Positions 1-15,082 of a stretch of DNA of 64,000 bases are shown here, piece by piece. How positions within the stretch are numbered: position 1 is the first letter of the stretch; each line of letters begins with the position of its first letter. This DNA is from an uncultured bacterium (GTDB lineage Bacteria > Chloroflexota > UBA5177 > JANWHV01). The notes below the pieces were generated by a model that made no database searches, had not been told where the DNA came from, and worked only from the letters and a program-made list of their open reading frames with translations. The stretch covers positions 864,001-928,000 of the forward strand of contig CAWHAE010000012.1 of assembly GCA_963827235.1 (NCBI GenBank), written 5' to 3'. The position numbers and the translations under genes were made by a program.

Positions 1-186
1 CTGCATGTGTGCCGGAAGCGCCGATCTCGAGTCGCACGAGTGTTCCGGCCCGACAACCTCCATTGTAGATACCACGCCCTCCGTCTGGCCCGTACAATGG
101 CGAATAATGGTAGTCGAGGCGTGGCTGAACCGGCGTGGTTTCTCGTCGCCGGCAACCAGTCCGCAAGACGATGAGGAGCGCACACA

Positions 187-1128
187 ATGAGTCTCGATGC
201 AGCCCTTCCTACGGACCTGGGCTACGATCAGCAGCTATACATTCTCGCCATGGACCACCGCGGCTCGCTCGAGAAGGGGCTTTTCGGCGTCACGGGCAAG
301 GCAGATGCGGCCACGGCTGAGCGCATTGTCGACGCGAAGCACATCATCTACGAAGGCTTTCACCTTGCCGTGGAAGGTGGCGTACCGGCGGTAAGCGCGG
401 GCGTTCTCGTGGACGAGCAATACGGCGGCGGCATTGCCCGCGAGGCAACCTCGAGGGGTGAGACGGTCGCCATTGCCGTGGAGAAGAGCAGCACGAAGGA
501 GCTGGAGTTCGAGTACGGTGATGAGTTCGGCGCCCATCTCGACGCCTTCTCCGTGCCGTTCGCCAAGGTGCTCGTGCGCTATAACCCGGATGAGGATGCG
601 ACACTCAACGCACGGCAGGCGGCCAAGCTGGTTCGCCTGGCTGACTGGCAGCGGAGCAGGCGGCGCAAGCTGTTGCTGGAAATGCTGGTACCAGCCACCG
701 CCGAACAGCTCGCCGGCGTAAACGGCGACACCTATCGCTACGACGTGGAAGTGCGGCCTGATCTGACATACAGGGCCATTGAGCAGCTTCGTGCGGCCGG
801 CGTCGAGCCCGACGTGTGGAAGATCGAGGGCCTCGATCGCCGCGACGACTGCGCGCGGATCGCCACGCTGATCCGTGCCGGCGGCCGCGACCGCGTGAGC
901 TGCGTGGTGCTCGGTCGGGCGGCGCCTGAAGCGCGAGTCGACCACTGGCTGCGGCAAGGGGCGGCAGTGCCGGGATATATCGGCTTTGCCATCGGCCGCA
1001 CGCTGTTCTGGGATGCGCTCAAGGGATTTCTGGCCGGCTCACTCGATCGCCGGGCGGCTGCGCGCTCGATCGCCGATGCCTATCGCAGGGCCGTGGACGT
1101 GTACAACGCCGCCGTCCAGGACCGATAG
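187..1128 (+). CDS. DUF2090 / IolC C-terminal-like class I aldolase-fold protein
   Basis: Motifs YILAMDHRGSL, GVLVDEQYG, AKVLVRYNP, LLEMLVP, PDVWKIEG, CVVLGR, GFAIGRTLFW; GAGGAG RBS upstream. Confidence 0.85.
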   Translation: MSLDAALPTDLGYDQQLYILAMDHRGSLEKGLFGVTGKADAATAERIVDAKHIIYEGFHLAVEGGVPAVSAGVLVDEQYGGGIAREATSRGETVAIAVEKSSTKELEFEYGDEFGAHLDAFSVPFAKVLVRYNPDEDATLNARQAAKLVRLADWQRSRRRKLLLEMLVPATAEQLAGVNGDTYRYDVEVRPDLTYRAIEQLRAAGVEPDVWKIEGLDRRDDCARIATLIRAGGRDRVSCVVLGRAAPEARVDHWLRQGAAVPGYIGFAIGRTLFWDALKGFLAGSLDRRAAARSIADAYRRAVDVYNAAVQDR

Positions 1129-1239
1129 CGGAGAGGGGGGACCGTCGACGATGACCGGTCTGAAAGTGGAATTCATGGCACGGCCATGGACGAGCATCGC
1201 TTTGCTCAACTCGCTTGCCCAGGGCCGAAACGGCCGTAG

Positions 1240-2187
1240 ATGAGTGACCCCAGCGTAATCGACGTGCTGGGGCTCGGCGTCGCCGCGGTCGACGACCTGC
1301 TCTATGTCCCCGTGTACCCGCCTCCGGACGTGAAGCTACCCGTGCCGCACCGCGAGCGCCACTGCGGCGGCCTGACGGCGACGGCGCTGGTCGCGGCTGC
1401 GCGGTTCGGCGCTCGCTGCAGCTACGCCGGCGTGCTCGGGACCGACGACCTGTCGGAGTTCGTGGTGCAGTCCCTGGAGGCCGAAGGGGTCGATCTCAGC
1501 CACATGCTGCGCCGGGATGGGGCGCGCCCCGTGCATAGCGTCATCATCGTCGGTGCCGAGCAACACACGCGGAACATCTTCTTCACACTCGAGGATGTGG
1601 TTGGCGCCGACGACGCGTATCCGCCGGAAGAGATCATCCGATCGTCGCGCGTGCTGTTTATCGACACGTACGGACCGGCAGGGATGATCCGGGCGGCGAC
1701 GATAGCTCGCGCGGCCGGCATTCCGGTCGTGGCCGACTTCGAGGGTGATACACCTCTGAAGTATCCGGGACTGATCGAGGCCGCCGACCACCTGATCATC
1801 TCGCAGGACTTTGCCACCCGGCTCACGGGCGAGATCGATCCGCGGCGCGCCGTGGCCGTGCTCACATCGCCCACCCGCGAGGCAGTCGTCGTCACTTGCG
1901 GGTCCGAGGGAAGCTGGTACGCCGAGCCGTCGTCCCATGGCGCCCCGATCCATCAGCCCGCTTACCGGGTAGAGGTGGCTGACACGAACGGCTGTGGCGA
2001 CGTCTTCCACGGTGCGTACGCGGCGGCACTGGCTCAGGGCTCTGGAATCGCCGAACGCGTCCGTCTTGCCTCGGCCGCCGCGGCGCTCAAGGCGACGCGG
2101 CCCGGCGGCCAGAGCGGCATTCCGACGCGCGCCACGGTCGGCGCCTTCTTGCAGGCTGGTCCGGCCACACTGGGCCCACTCGGGTGA
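1240..2187 (+). CDS. PfkB family carbohydrate kinase (sulfofructose kinase/ribokinase-like)
   Basis: GGLTATALVAAARFG N-terminal signature and C-terminal DTNGCGDVFHGAY PfkB motif. Confidence 0.9.
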   Translation: MSDPSVIDVLGLGVAAVDDLLYVPVYPPPDVKLPVPHRERHCGGLTATALVAAARFGARCSYAGVLGTDDLSEFVVQSLEAEGVDLSHMLRRDGARPVHSVIIVGAEQHTRNIFFTLEDVVGADDAYPPEEIIRSSRVLFIDTYGPAGMIRAATIARAAGIPVVADFEGDTPLKYPGLIEAADHLIISQDFATRLTGEIDPRRAVAVLTSPTREAVVVTCGSEGSWYAEPSSHGAPIHQPAYRVEVADTNGCGDVFHGAYAAALAQGSGIAERVRLASAAAALKATRPGGQSGIPTRATVGAFLQAGPATLGPLG

Positions 2188-2422
2188 GACTGCTGCCGCG
2201 GTCACACCCCGGCCGGGCTCATGTCCGGACCACATCGTGGCCGGAGGCAGGCTCGAATCAGCTCCCCCGTGCGAGCGACTCGACCATGCCGCGCGACCTG
2301 ACAGGCCAGCCGAGATCGTCTCGTAAGCTGCCATGGGATCGCAATCGCGGTTCGGTACCCAAGCGTTGACGCAGCGCAGTGCTACCACCCGCTGCCACGC
2401 CCGAGCGGGCGTTGGCGGGCCG

Positions 2423-3637
2423 TCACCGCACCAGCACGGGCTGCACGGCGGGAAGTCCGGCGCTGGGCACCAGGACGGACAGATGGCCCGATCCGTCCAC
2501 CTCGTCGATGTCCACACGCGGCTGGTTGGCCTTCCGCGACGAGGCATCAAGTGATTCGCCGGTTTGAAGCGGGGCCGTGCGGGCACTGTCGTTGGCGACC
2601 GCCGCGAAGACGACGCTCCGACTGCCCGGCACCTGGCTCACACCGGCCAGGTAATAGGCGTGGAGCTGCACGATCACGCCGTGGCCTGAGCCGTCTGCCG
2701 GAGCGCGGCAGACGCTGGCCAGGTATCGGGTCGACGTGATCGCGGCAGTGCCGGTGCCAAGCGAGATCGTGCCCTGCGCAGTCCGCTGCTGGTAGTACAG
2801 CGATTTGCCGTCTGCCGACCAGCTGGGCGTCTCACCCGCGTCAACCTGGGCAATCACGTCGCCGGTAGCAGGCTCCACCGTCTCCACGGTCGACGGACCG
2901 CTCGAGCTACCGGATTGGCTCACCACGGCCAGCGCTCCCGTCACGGCAAGCGCCGGACTGTGCCACCACTGCGCCGCGCCCAACACGGTCGTCCTGCCCG
3001 TTGCCAGGCTTACCACCTGCAGTCCCGAACTGCACGGAGACGAGTAGATTGCCGTGGCGGTCTTCAGACTCCAGCGAAGCGACCTGTCGAGCGTGGACTC
3101 GCGCAGGTACAAGTCTGTCGCCGGATCGGACGCACCTTCCCCTATGCCGCAGAACTGCGCGCTAGACGATCGCCACAGACGCCGCACTCGCCCAGTCGCA
3201 TCGGCTGCCTGGACGTCGAAGTAGGCGTGCCCCTGGTCGTAGCCTGAGTCGGCGACGAAGGCGACCTGGTCGCCATCCACGGCCCAGGCCGGGTAGAAGT
3301 CGCCGGCTCCGCCCGCGAACGAGTGCAGCACTGTGCCGGTGCGGTCGAGAATGAGCAGATTCTGCGGCACCTTCGCGCCCGCGCCGTTATTGAGCCGGAG
3401 CAAGGCAAGATATCTGCCGTCCGGCGACCAGCCGTACCACGGATAGGCGGCGCCCAATCCGTTGTCCCGACCCTTCGTTGTCACCACGGTGCGCTCATGC
3501 GTGGCCAGGTTGAGATAGTAGACATTGCTGTTCTGCGTGAACGCCATCAGCACGGCCGGAGCCGCCTTCGCTTGCATGCGCCCAGGCAAGAAGCAGAGCA
3601 CCGCGATGAGCGCGAGTAGCTCTGGATGCCGCACCAT
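2423..3637 (-). CDS. Secreted TolB-like beta-propeller protein
   Basis: Signal-peptide-like N-terminus ending AKA; WSPDG, PAWAVDG and PSWSADG PD40-like repeats; GAAGGAG RBS. Confidence 0.7.
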   Translation of the reverse strand: MVRHPELLALIAVLCFLPGRMQAKAAPAVLMAFTQNSNVYYLNLATHERTVVTTKGRDNGLGAAYPWYGWSPDGRYLALLRLNNGAGAKVPQNLLILDRTGTVLHSFAGGAGDFYPAWAVDGDQVAFVADSGYDQGHAYFDVQAADATGRVRRLWRSSSAQFCGIGEGASDPATDLYLRESTLDRSLRWSLKTATAIYSSPCSSGLQVVSLATGRTTVLGAAQWWHSPALAVTGALAVVSQSGSSSGPSTVETVEPATGDVIAQVDAGETPSWSADGKSLYYQQRTAQGTISLGTGTAAITSTRYLASVCRAPADGSGHGVIVQLHAYYLAGVSQVPGSRSVVFAAVANDSARTAPLQTGESLDASSRKANQPRVDIDEVDGSGHLSVLVPSAGLPAVQPVLVR

Positions 3638-3968
3638 CGACTCCTTCCGCTAGGCCTCTTCGATCGATGACCACTCCGTGCCGCCGGGCGGCCACATCGC
3701 AAGCCACACGTGGCCGGAATCCATGGCCTGGAAAGGGCGTCCGGCCCTGCCGCGACCATCCGAGGGTAGGCGGGGCGCCGGCACGGCAAGCCCCGCGCGG
3801 CCGGTGGCCTCCTGCTGCGTGCGCCGGCACCGCGACACCGCGTGTATCCGCGCATGGCGACACGGGTCGCCGCGCCGTCAAACTGAAGGATAGCATACGT
3901 CCGAGCGCGGCCCTCTCGGGCAACGCAAGCCTCGATGCCGGCTGGAACCGGCGCACCGGGCGCCGCGG

Positions 3969-6611
3969 TCACTCGGTGACGCTGCCGTCCGACAAACGCA
4001 GCGTCAGGCGAAACACGCTCCCCGCGCAGCCGGTAGATTCGAGCTGGAGGTCACCGCCCATCGCTTGGGCCAGGCTGCGGCTGATGAACAGGCCCAGCCC
4101 GGTACCGACACGGCCGGAACGAGTCGGGCTGCCACTCGCACGCCCGAAGCGCGTGAACAAGCGGTCAAGCCCTTCGACAGAAATCCCCGCCCCGTGGTCC
4201 CGAACCAGGACGGCCGCTGCCGGAGTCTCGCGCGCAAAGCGGATGTGAACGGGTGAGCCTTCCGGAGAGTACTTTGCGGCGTTGTCGAGAATGTTCACCA
4301 GCACCTGTACCGTGCGGTCCGGATCGGCCAGCACCTGAAGGTCGCCGGGACCTTCGATCTCGATCTGCTGACCGATGTAGCTTGAGCGCACCTCGCTTGC
4401 AGCGCGGTCGATCAGACTTTGAAGCAGCACAGTCTGTGTCTTGGGAGCAAGGGCGCCGATCTCGAGCCGGCTCACGAGCAGCAGATCTTCGACCAGTCGC
4501 TGCTGCCGATTTGCCGACACCACTATCCGGTCAACGCGGTCCAGCCGATCCTCGTCGGCGAGCTCAGCCCAGTGAGCCTGTAGGAGCTCCGCATAGCCGA
4601 CGATAGCCGTGAGCGGCGTGCGCAACTCATGACTCACCGTGGCCACGAAGTCGCTGCGAAGCGTGGCCAGACCCTGCGCTGCCGTGGCCTGGGCCTGTGA
4701 CTGCTCCAGCAGCTCTGTCTTCAGATTGTTCGTCTCTGCAAGCTGGCGGTTGAGTTCCTCCAGGCGTGCCGCGGCAGCCCGGTACGCGTCTTTCTCTGTC
4801 CGCTCTCGCTCGAGCTCCATGCGGGCCCGCCGCCGCTCGCTTTCCTCGAGCAGCTGCTTCAGCCGCTCTCGTTCCCGCGTCAATCGTTCGCGAGCAAGAG
4901 CGGCCATCAGCGGGGCAGTCCACTGCCACACGCCCACGTCGGATGCCAACAGCTGAAGCTCAGGTGGACTCAGCAATGCCAAGGCGCCCCAATCGTGATC
5001 GGTCGCTCGTAGAGGCAACACCATGACCATCTGGTCCGGGTTGTCCCGCATCGCGGACTCGAGCACGTCGAGAGGCGGGAACGCCGTGGGGCAGCATGGT
5101 TCGCCGATCCGGTCGGACCGCGTTTCGCCCTGCCGAAACACGCCGGCAATCGTCAGCTCTGAGCCCGTCACATCGTCGCGCCAAATGCCCAGGCAACCCG
5201 CGGACGCGAGTGTCTCCCCGAGCCAGGCCAGATCACGCGCGCTCTCTTCGCGAAGCGCCAACAGCCGCAGATTCGTCTGGTGGTTTCGACCGTTGATCGT
5301 TTCGAAGTCAAGGGCGCGCCGGACAAACTGGTACCGAGCGGCGTACAGGAGCTCAGTCCGCATCTCGTCCAGGAACTCGCGCACTCGGAGCGGCGCCGAG
5401 GCATCGTGAGGCTCGGTATCGAGAAAACCCTCTGCGCCCCGTTCGAGGGCGCCGAAGGCGCGACCTACCGCCTCAATACTGGTGCCGGCGGTGCAGATAT
5501 CGCGCCACGCTCTGGTCAGCATCCCTGGTGCGGGAAGCGGCCCGCCGGATACTACCACGGCCAGTGCCGCGACAATCCGACCGGCCGCGGCGAGAAGATC
5601 GGCGTGACGGCGAGCCATCTCAATGCCCTGGATCGGGAGTGCTTCGGCTACCACGGCCCACTGCAATACTTCCATGCGACGGCGCGAGCCGGCGCCAGCG
5701 TCCGGCACGGGAGGTGTCGTGCGAGCGTGGGTCCAGCAGCCGCAGGATTGCCGGAAGATCGGCTGAACGGGTACCAGGGTTTTCCGCGGCAGGACCTCCC
5801 GGCCGGCCAGCTGGGCCAGCACCAATCTGGCAGCCGTCGCACCGATCTCACCGTTGAACTGGTGGACGGTGGTAAGCGACGGTATGCTTGTCGCGCTGAC
5901 CTGCACATCGTCAAATGCCACGACCGCCAGATCCCCGGGCACCGTATAGCCGGCCTCCTGGATCCGCCTGATGATGGTCAGGGCGTTCTGATCGGTCGCT
6001 ACGCAGAGCGCGGTGCATGGCACACCAGCTGCGAGCATGGCATCGGCAGCGGTATTCCCTCCCGATTCGATGAGATCAGAAGTCTCGAAACACAGGTGCG
6101 GATCGGGCTCGATGCCGGCCTCCTGCAGTGCCGCTGCGTAGGACTCCCATCGCTCGCGCACGTCGGCATTATTCATGTATCCCGCGAATCCGATACGGGT
6201 ATGACCATGCTCGACGAGGTGCCGCACGAGCGCCGAAACGCCTATATGGTTGTCGGGGAAAACCGCCGGAATGCCCAGCTCGGGGAAGTACGCGCAGATG
6301 GTGACGATAGGCTTTCCAGAGTGCTGTAGCTGCTTCAGGTCGTCGGCGGTCACGGCATCGGTAATGCTGATCAGTGCGTCGACGTGGTCCAGCGCATAGG
6401 GGACGAAGGGACCGGACTGGACGCCGGTGGTTTCATGACCGAGCCAGGACTGCGGTCGAGTCTGTATCGCCAGCGCACGACTTCCCTGCTGCTGCGCGGC
6501 GCGGTCAATACCCAGCAGCGTGTTGCCGAAAAACTCGTCGCCCAAGAAAGGGCTCAGGACGCCGATACGCGGCTGGCGGGGCGTCTTGATTGCATGCATC
6601 CAGTGCCGCAT
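3969..6611 (-). CDS. Cytoplasmic sensor histidine kinase with N-terminal LacI-type sugar-binding domain
   Basis: LacI effector-domain motifs (HLVEHGHTRIGF, VPGDLAVVAFDD, PSLTTVHQ, RQSCGC) without HTH; HisKA SHELRTPL; HATPase NILDNAAKYS, DHGAGI, GTGLGLFIS; no TM segment seen. Confidence 0.9.
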   Translation of the reverse strand: MRHWMHAIKTPRQPRIGVLSPFLGDEFFGNTLLGIDRAAQQQGSRALAIQTRPQSWLGHETTGVQSGPFVPYALDHVDALISITDAVTADDLKQLQHSGKPIVTICAYFPELGIPAVFPDNHIGVSALVRHLVEHGHTRIGFAGYMNNADVRERWESYAAALQEAGIEPDPHLCFETSDLIESGGNTAADAMLAAGVPCTALCVATDQNALTIIRRIQEAGYTVPGDLAVVAFDDVQVSATSIPSLTTVHQFNGEIGATAARLVLAQLAGREVLPRKTLVPVQPIFRQSCGCWTHARTTPPVPDAGAGSRRRMEVLQWAVVAEALPIQGIEMARRHADLLAAAGRIVAALAVVVSGGPLPAPGMLTRAWRDICTAGTSIEAVGRAFGALERGAEGFLDTEPHDASAPLRVREFLDEMRTELLYAARYQFVRRALDFETINGRNHQTNLRLLALREESARDLAWLGETLASAGCLGIWRDDVTGSELTIAGVFRQGETRSDRIGEPCCPTAFPPLDVLESAMRDNPDQMVMVLPLRATDHDWGALALLSPPELQLLASDVGVWQWTAPLMAALARERLTRERERLKQLLEESERRRARMELERERTEKDAYRAAAARLEELNRQLAETNNLKTELLEQSQAQATAAQGLATLRSDFVATVSHELRTPLTAIVGYAELLQAHWAELADEDRLDRVDRIVVSANRQQRLVEDLLLVSRLEIGALAPKTQTVLLQSLIDRAASEVRSSYIGQQIEIEGPGDLQVLADPDRTVQVLVNILDNAAKYSPEGSPVHIRFARETPAAAVLVRDHGAGISVEGLDRLFTRFGRASGSPTRSGRVGTGLGLFISRSLAQAMGGDLQLESTGCAGSVFRLTLRLSDGSVTE

Positions 6612-7064
6612 CGCCGAGACTAGTCGGCATTCCCTGCACCATTCTGCAGCGGCGGCGAACCGCCCTGCAATCCCCCGATGCTATGGGATCAGGAGTCTAG
6701 CCCGCAGGCCGCGCCTCCGCCTCTTCTGCCTCCCCAGCGCACACCACTGGCCGGCTTTACGCTATTATTACGAAAACCCCCGTGCCGCCGGTCTCCCGTT
6801 TCGTGGGATCTCCCATCGGGTGGACCCGGTCGCAGGACTCGCGGGCGGGACGGCCAGGTCAGACCCTGTATTCACATTCAGCTACCGGTATACGGTATAT
6901 TTTTAGATCTAACCGCATAATTATGATTCCACCGCGGCCCGATCGTCTTCACGAGACTCGGGCGGTGTTCCGCCACAATGAACGTGGCACCCTCCGCGGC
7001 AAGGTCGCCGGCATTGGGATGCAGGCTGGATCGCCCCTCGTAGCAGAGAGAACAGAAGGAACAC

Positions 7065-11649
<4,585 letters not shown>

Positions 11650-11657
<8 letters not shown>

Positions 11658-13096
11658 AGTCACTGGCTTCATGGAGTACGAGCGCGAGCTGCCGGATCGG
11701 CGGCCGGTCGCGGAGCGCGTCGACGACTACCACGAGATCTACCAGGAGTTCTCCACCGAGAAGCTGCAGCGCCAGGCAGCGCGCTGCATGGATTGCGGCG
11801 TGCCGTTTTGTCACACGGGCTGCCCGGTCAACAACATCATCCCGGACTGGAACGACCTGGTCTACCGCGGTCACTGGCGTGAAGCGGTGCGCCGGTTGCA
11901 CGCCACGAACAACTTCCCCGAGTTTACCGGCCGCATCTGCCCGGCGCCATGCGAAGCGGCATGCGTTCTGGGGATCAACAAGCCGGCGGTGGCCATCAAG
12001 CTGGTCGAGAAGAGCATCGTCGAGCGGGGCTTTGCCGAGGGCTGGATCGAGCCCGAGCTGCCGTCCGAGCGCTCCCGGAAGAGGGTGGCAGTGGTCGGAT
12101 CGGGGCCCTCGGGGTTGGCTGCCGCGCAGCAGCTCTGCCGTGCCGGGCACCTCGTGACCGTCTTCGAGAAAGCCGATCGCATAGGCGGCCTACTGCGCTA
12201 CGGAATCCCGGACTTCAAGCTCGAGAAGCATGTGCTCGATCGCCGGCTGCAGCAGATGGAAGCCGAGGGAGTGGAGTTCGTGACCGGGGCGCTCGTGGGC
12301 CGCGACGTGCCGGTGAAGACGCTGCGCCGGGACTTCGATGCCGTGCTCCTGGCAGGCGGCGCCGAACAGCCGCGCGACCTGCCGGTGGCCGGACGCGAGC
12401 TCAAGGGAATCCACTTTGCCATGGAGTTCCTGCCGCAGCAGAACCGGCGCTGCCAGGGTGAATCGCCGGTCGGCGATGGAGGAGATTCTGGCCACGGGCA
12501 AGCACGTGGTGATCATCGGCGGCGGCGACACGGGAGCCGACTGCCTGGGCACCTGCCACCGGCAGAAGGCAAAGTCCGTGACGCAGATCGAGATCATGCC
12601 GCAGCCCCCGATGGATCGGGCACCGCACACGCCGTGGCCGCTGTGGCCGCTGCAGCTCCGCACGGAAAGCGCGCACGAAGAAGGCGGGGTGCGCAATTGG
12701 GCCGCGGCCACGACCCGGTTCACCGGCGACGAGAACGGCAACGTCAAGCAGCTCCACGGGACGCAGGTCGGTCCGCCGCCCAGGTTCGATCCCGTCGAGG
12801 GGAGCGATTTCGTGCTCGAGGCCGAGCTGGTGCTGATTGCCATGGGCTTTCTCGGGCCGGTACGCACCGGTCTGCTCGAGCAGCTTGGCGTGGCGCTGGA
12901 CGCTCGCGGGAACGTGGCCACGAACAAGGACTACATGACCTCGGTCGACGGCGTGTTCGCGGCCGGCGACCTGCGCCGGGGCCAGTCCCTGGTCGTCTGG
13001 GCCATCTCGGAGGGCAGGCAGGCGGCGGCGGCCATCGACAGCTATCTTGCAGCCTCCGCAGAGAGCCGGAGCTTGGCCGCGGCTTCGGCACGCTAA
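11650..13096 (+). pseudogene. gltD: Glutamate synthase small subunit split by an apparent +1 frameshift near 12460-12485 (pseudogene or sequencing error)
   Basis: Frame of 11650 gives [32 protein letters not shown] up to NRRCQGE; the +1 frame continues [22 protein letters not shown] ... [21 protein letters not shown] to stop at 13096. Confidence 0.92.
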
Positions 13097-13193
13097 CTGC
13101 TTCCCATCCGAACGCAGCAAGGCTCTCGATTCGGTATGATTCTCACGACGACGCCGGTCGGCGTCGAGAACGAAAGCAGGGAGCTGCCGACAG

Positions 13194-14141
13194 ATGGCTG
13201 CCGATGGCGAGCGGATCCCGGTCATTCTGGATACCGGCATGGGCCCGGCGCTGGGCGACTTCATGGCCCTCGCCTTGCTGCTGCGGGCGCCCGCCGTCGA
13301 ACTCCGCGCCGTCACCACTATCGGCACGACGCCGGCGCGGCGCGCGCACGCCGTCAAGAACGTGCTGGCGATCGGCGGGCAGGCCGGCGTGCCGGTGGGA
13401 TGCGGCCCCGAATGGCCGCTGGTAGCTCGCGGCTCGACTCTGCGGGAAGACCGGCCGGACGAGGAAGCGGTGGAGGGCGCGGAGAGCGACGACGAGCCGG
13501 CGCCATACGCTGTCGACATGCTCGCCGACCTGGCACTGGCCGAGCCCGGCATCCTGACCATCGTGACAACCGGCCCGCTCACCAACCTCGCCCTGGCCAT
13601 GGCCCGGCTGCCTAGCTTCGCGGGCGCGTTGCGCCGGGTCGTGATCGCGGGCGGCATCGTGCAGCGGCGCCTCGATCAGCTCGCGGAGCCGTACGCAGAG
13701 CAGAACATCCGCCGGGATCCGGAAGCGGCGCAGATCGTGCTCGCCTCGGGTGCGCCGATTACCCTGGTGCCCCTGGACGTCACCGGCATGGTGCGCCTGC
13801 ACCGCGCCGACCTGCCGGCGCACGCGGGCGATGGGCTGACCGCCCTGCTGGCCCAGCGACTCGAACGGCAGATCGAAGGCCGGGACCGCGAGTGGACGGA
13901 CGCCGGCGGCGCATTGGCGGCCGCTCTGCCGGTGCGCCCCGAGCTCGTGCGCACCGCGCGCATGCGCGTCGCGGTGGAGACGCGGGGAGACCTGACGCGC
14001 GGTCAAACGGTAGCCACACTGGACGAGGCCGGCGACGGCAGCCGGCCGGCAGTCGACGTGGCGCTCGGCGTCGACGCTCCTGCCTTCAGGTCCTGGCTCG
14101 CCTCGTGCCTGGCCGGGCCACGGGCCGGTTCCGGACGGTAG
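13194..14141 (+). CDS. Nucleoside hydrolase (IUNH) fold protein with degenerate active-site motifs
   Basis: PVILDT..., [50 protein letters not shown]; DxDxxxDD appears as [10 protein letters not shown]. Confidence 0.85.
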   Translation: MAADGERIPVILDTGMGPALGDFMALALLLRAPAVELRAVTTIGTTPARRAHAVKNVLAIGGQAGVPVGCGPEWPLVARGSTLREDRPDEEAVEGAESDDEPAPYAVDMLADLALAEPGILTIVTTGPLTNLALAMARLPSFAGALRRVVIAGGIVQRRLDQLAEPYAEQNIRRDPEAAQIVLASGAPITLVPLDVTGMVRLHRADLPAHAGDGLTALLAQRLERQIEGRDREWTDAGGALAAALPVRPELVRTARMRVAVETRGDLTRGQTVATLDEAGDGSRPAVDVALGVDAPAFRSWLASCLAGPRAGSGR

Positions 14142-14218
14142 CTCTCAGCCGCGAAAAAGACGTGCCGCGCCTTGCGAGCGAGGGACCGGCCGTTTGGCGA
14201 GCGGCGCCGGCCGGGTGT

Positions 14219-15082
14219 CTATGACGGTTCGGCGAAGCGAGCCAGCTCGATCTGCTCGAGGCGGGCCATCATGTGGATGAAGAGCCACACCAGGGCAATG
14301 CCGAGCACCCCGTCGCCGCCATCCATCATGATGTTGCCGGCCAGGACCTGGTCGTCCATCACCGACATGCCCCACAGGCGCGGCAGCTCCGTGTAGTAGC
14401 CGTAGACGGGCGACCCCGACAAGATGAGCACGAAGCCAATCACCGAGTCGGGACCCAGTGCCAGGAGGACGAACAGGAACCGCCAGGCGTGGCTCAACCG
14501 CGCCCTGCCCGGATAGGGCTGCAGGATCACCCACCAGAACGGCAGAGCGGCGGCAAAGAAGCAGACGTGCTCGAGAACATGGATATCCTCGTTCTGCAGC
14601 GCCGCGTCGAAGAGGTAAGGCACGTGCCAGGCGAGCATGGCTCCGGCGAAGATCGGCCAGGCGAAGAAGGGCGAGGTCAGCACGTCGGTCAGCCGCCTGA
14701 ACCAATGCACCCGGGCGTGCCGCGCGGCAACCCAGCGAACCAGACCATGCGGCGCGCCCACCACGAGCACGGGAATGGGTTTTCCCATGAGCAGGAGCGG
14801 CGGAGCCACCATTAGCAGGAGGAAGTGCTGCACCATGTGCACGGAAAGCAGGTCATCGCTCAAGCTGTCTATCGGCGACAGCAGGGCAGCGACAACGGCC
14901 AGCAGGCCCAGGAAGAAGTACAGCTCATGCCAGGGAGAGACGGTTCGCCGCAGCCGGCCGCGCCGGTTGAGCGTCAGCAGGCCCCGCAAATAGATGATCG
15001 CGGCCAGCACGATACCAGCGGCCACGCTCGGCGTGAAGGTCCACTCCTTGAGGACAGTCACCAGCGACGGATAGGTGCTCAT
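14219..15082 (-). CDS. ctaG: Cytochrome c oxidase assembly factor (Caa3_CtaG family)
   Basis: SVHMVQHFLLLMVAPPLL, WHVPYLFD, HVLEH, DDQVLAGNIM; multiple TM helices. Confidence 0.9.
   Translation of the reverse strand: MSTYPSLVTVLKEWTFTPSVAAGIVLAAIIYLRGLLTLNRRGRLRRTVSPWHELYFFLGLLAVVAALLSPIDSLSDDLLSVHMVQHFLLLMVAPPLLLMGKPIPVLVVGAPHGLVRWVAARHARVHWFRRLTDVLTSPFFAWPIFAGAMLAWHVPYLFDAALQNEDIHVLEHVCFFAAALPFWWVILQPYPGRARLSHAWRFLFVLLALGPDSVIGFVLILSGSPVYGYYTELPRLWGMSVMDDQVLAGNIMMDGGDGVLGIALVWLFIHMMARLEQIELARFAEPS

Noticed and set aside
12780-12795. GGTTCGATCCC T-loop-like motif suggesting a tRNA
   Set aside because: Lies within gltD coding sequence; no cloverleaf
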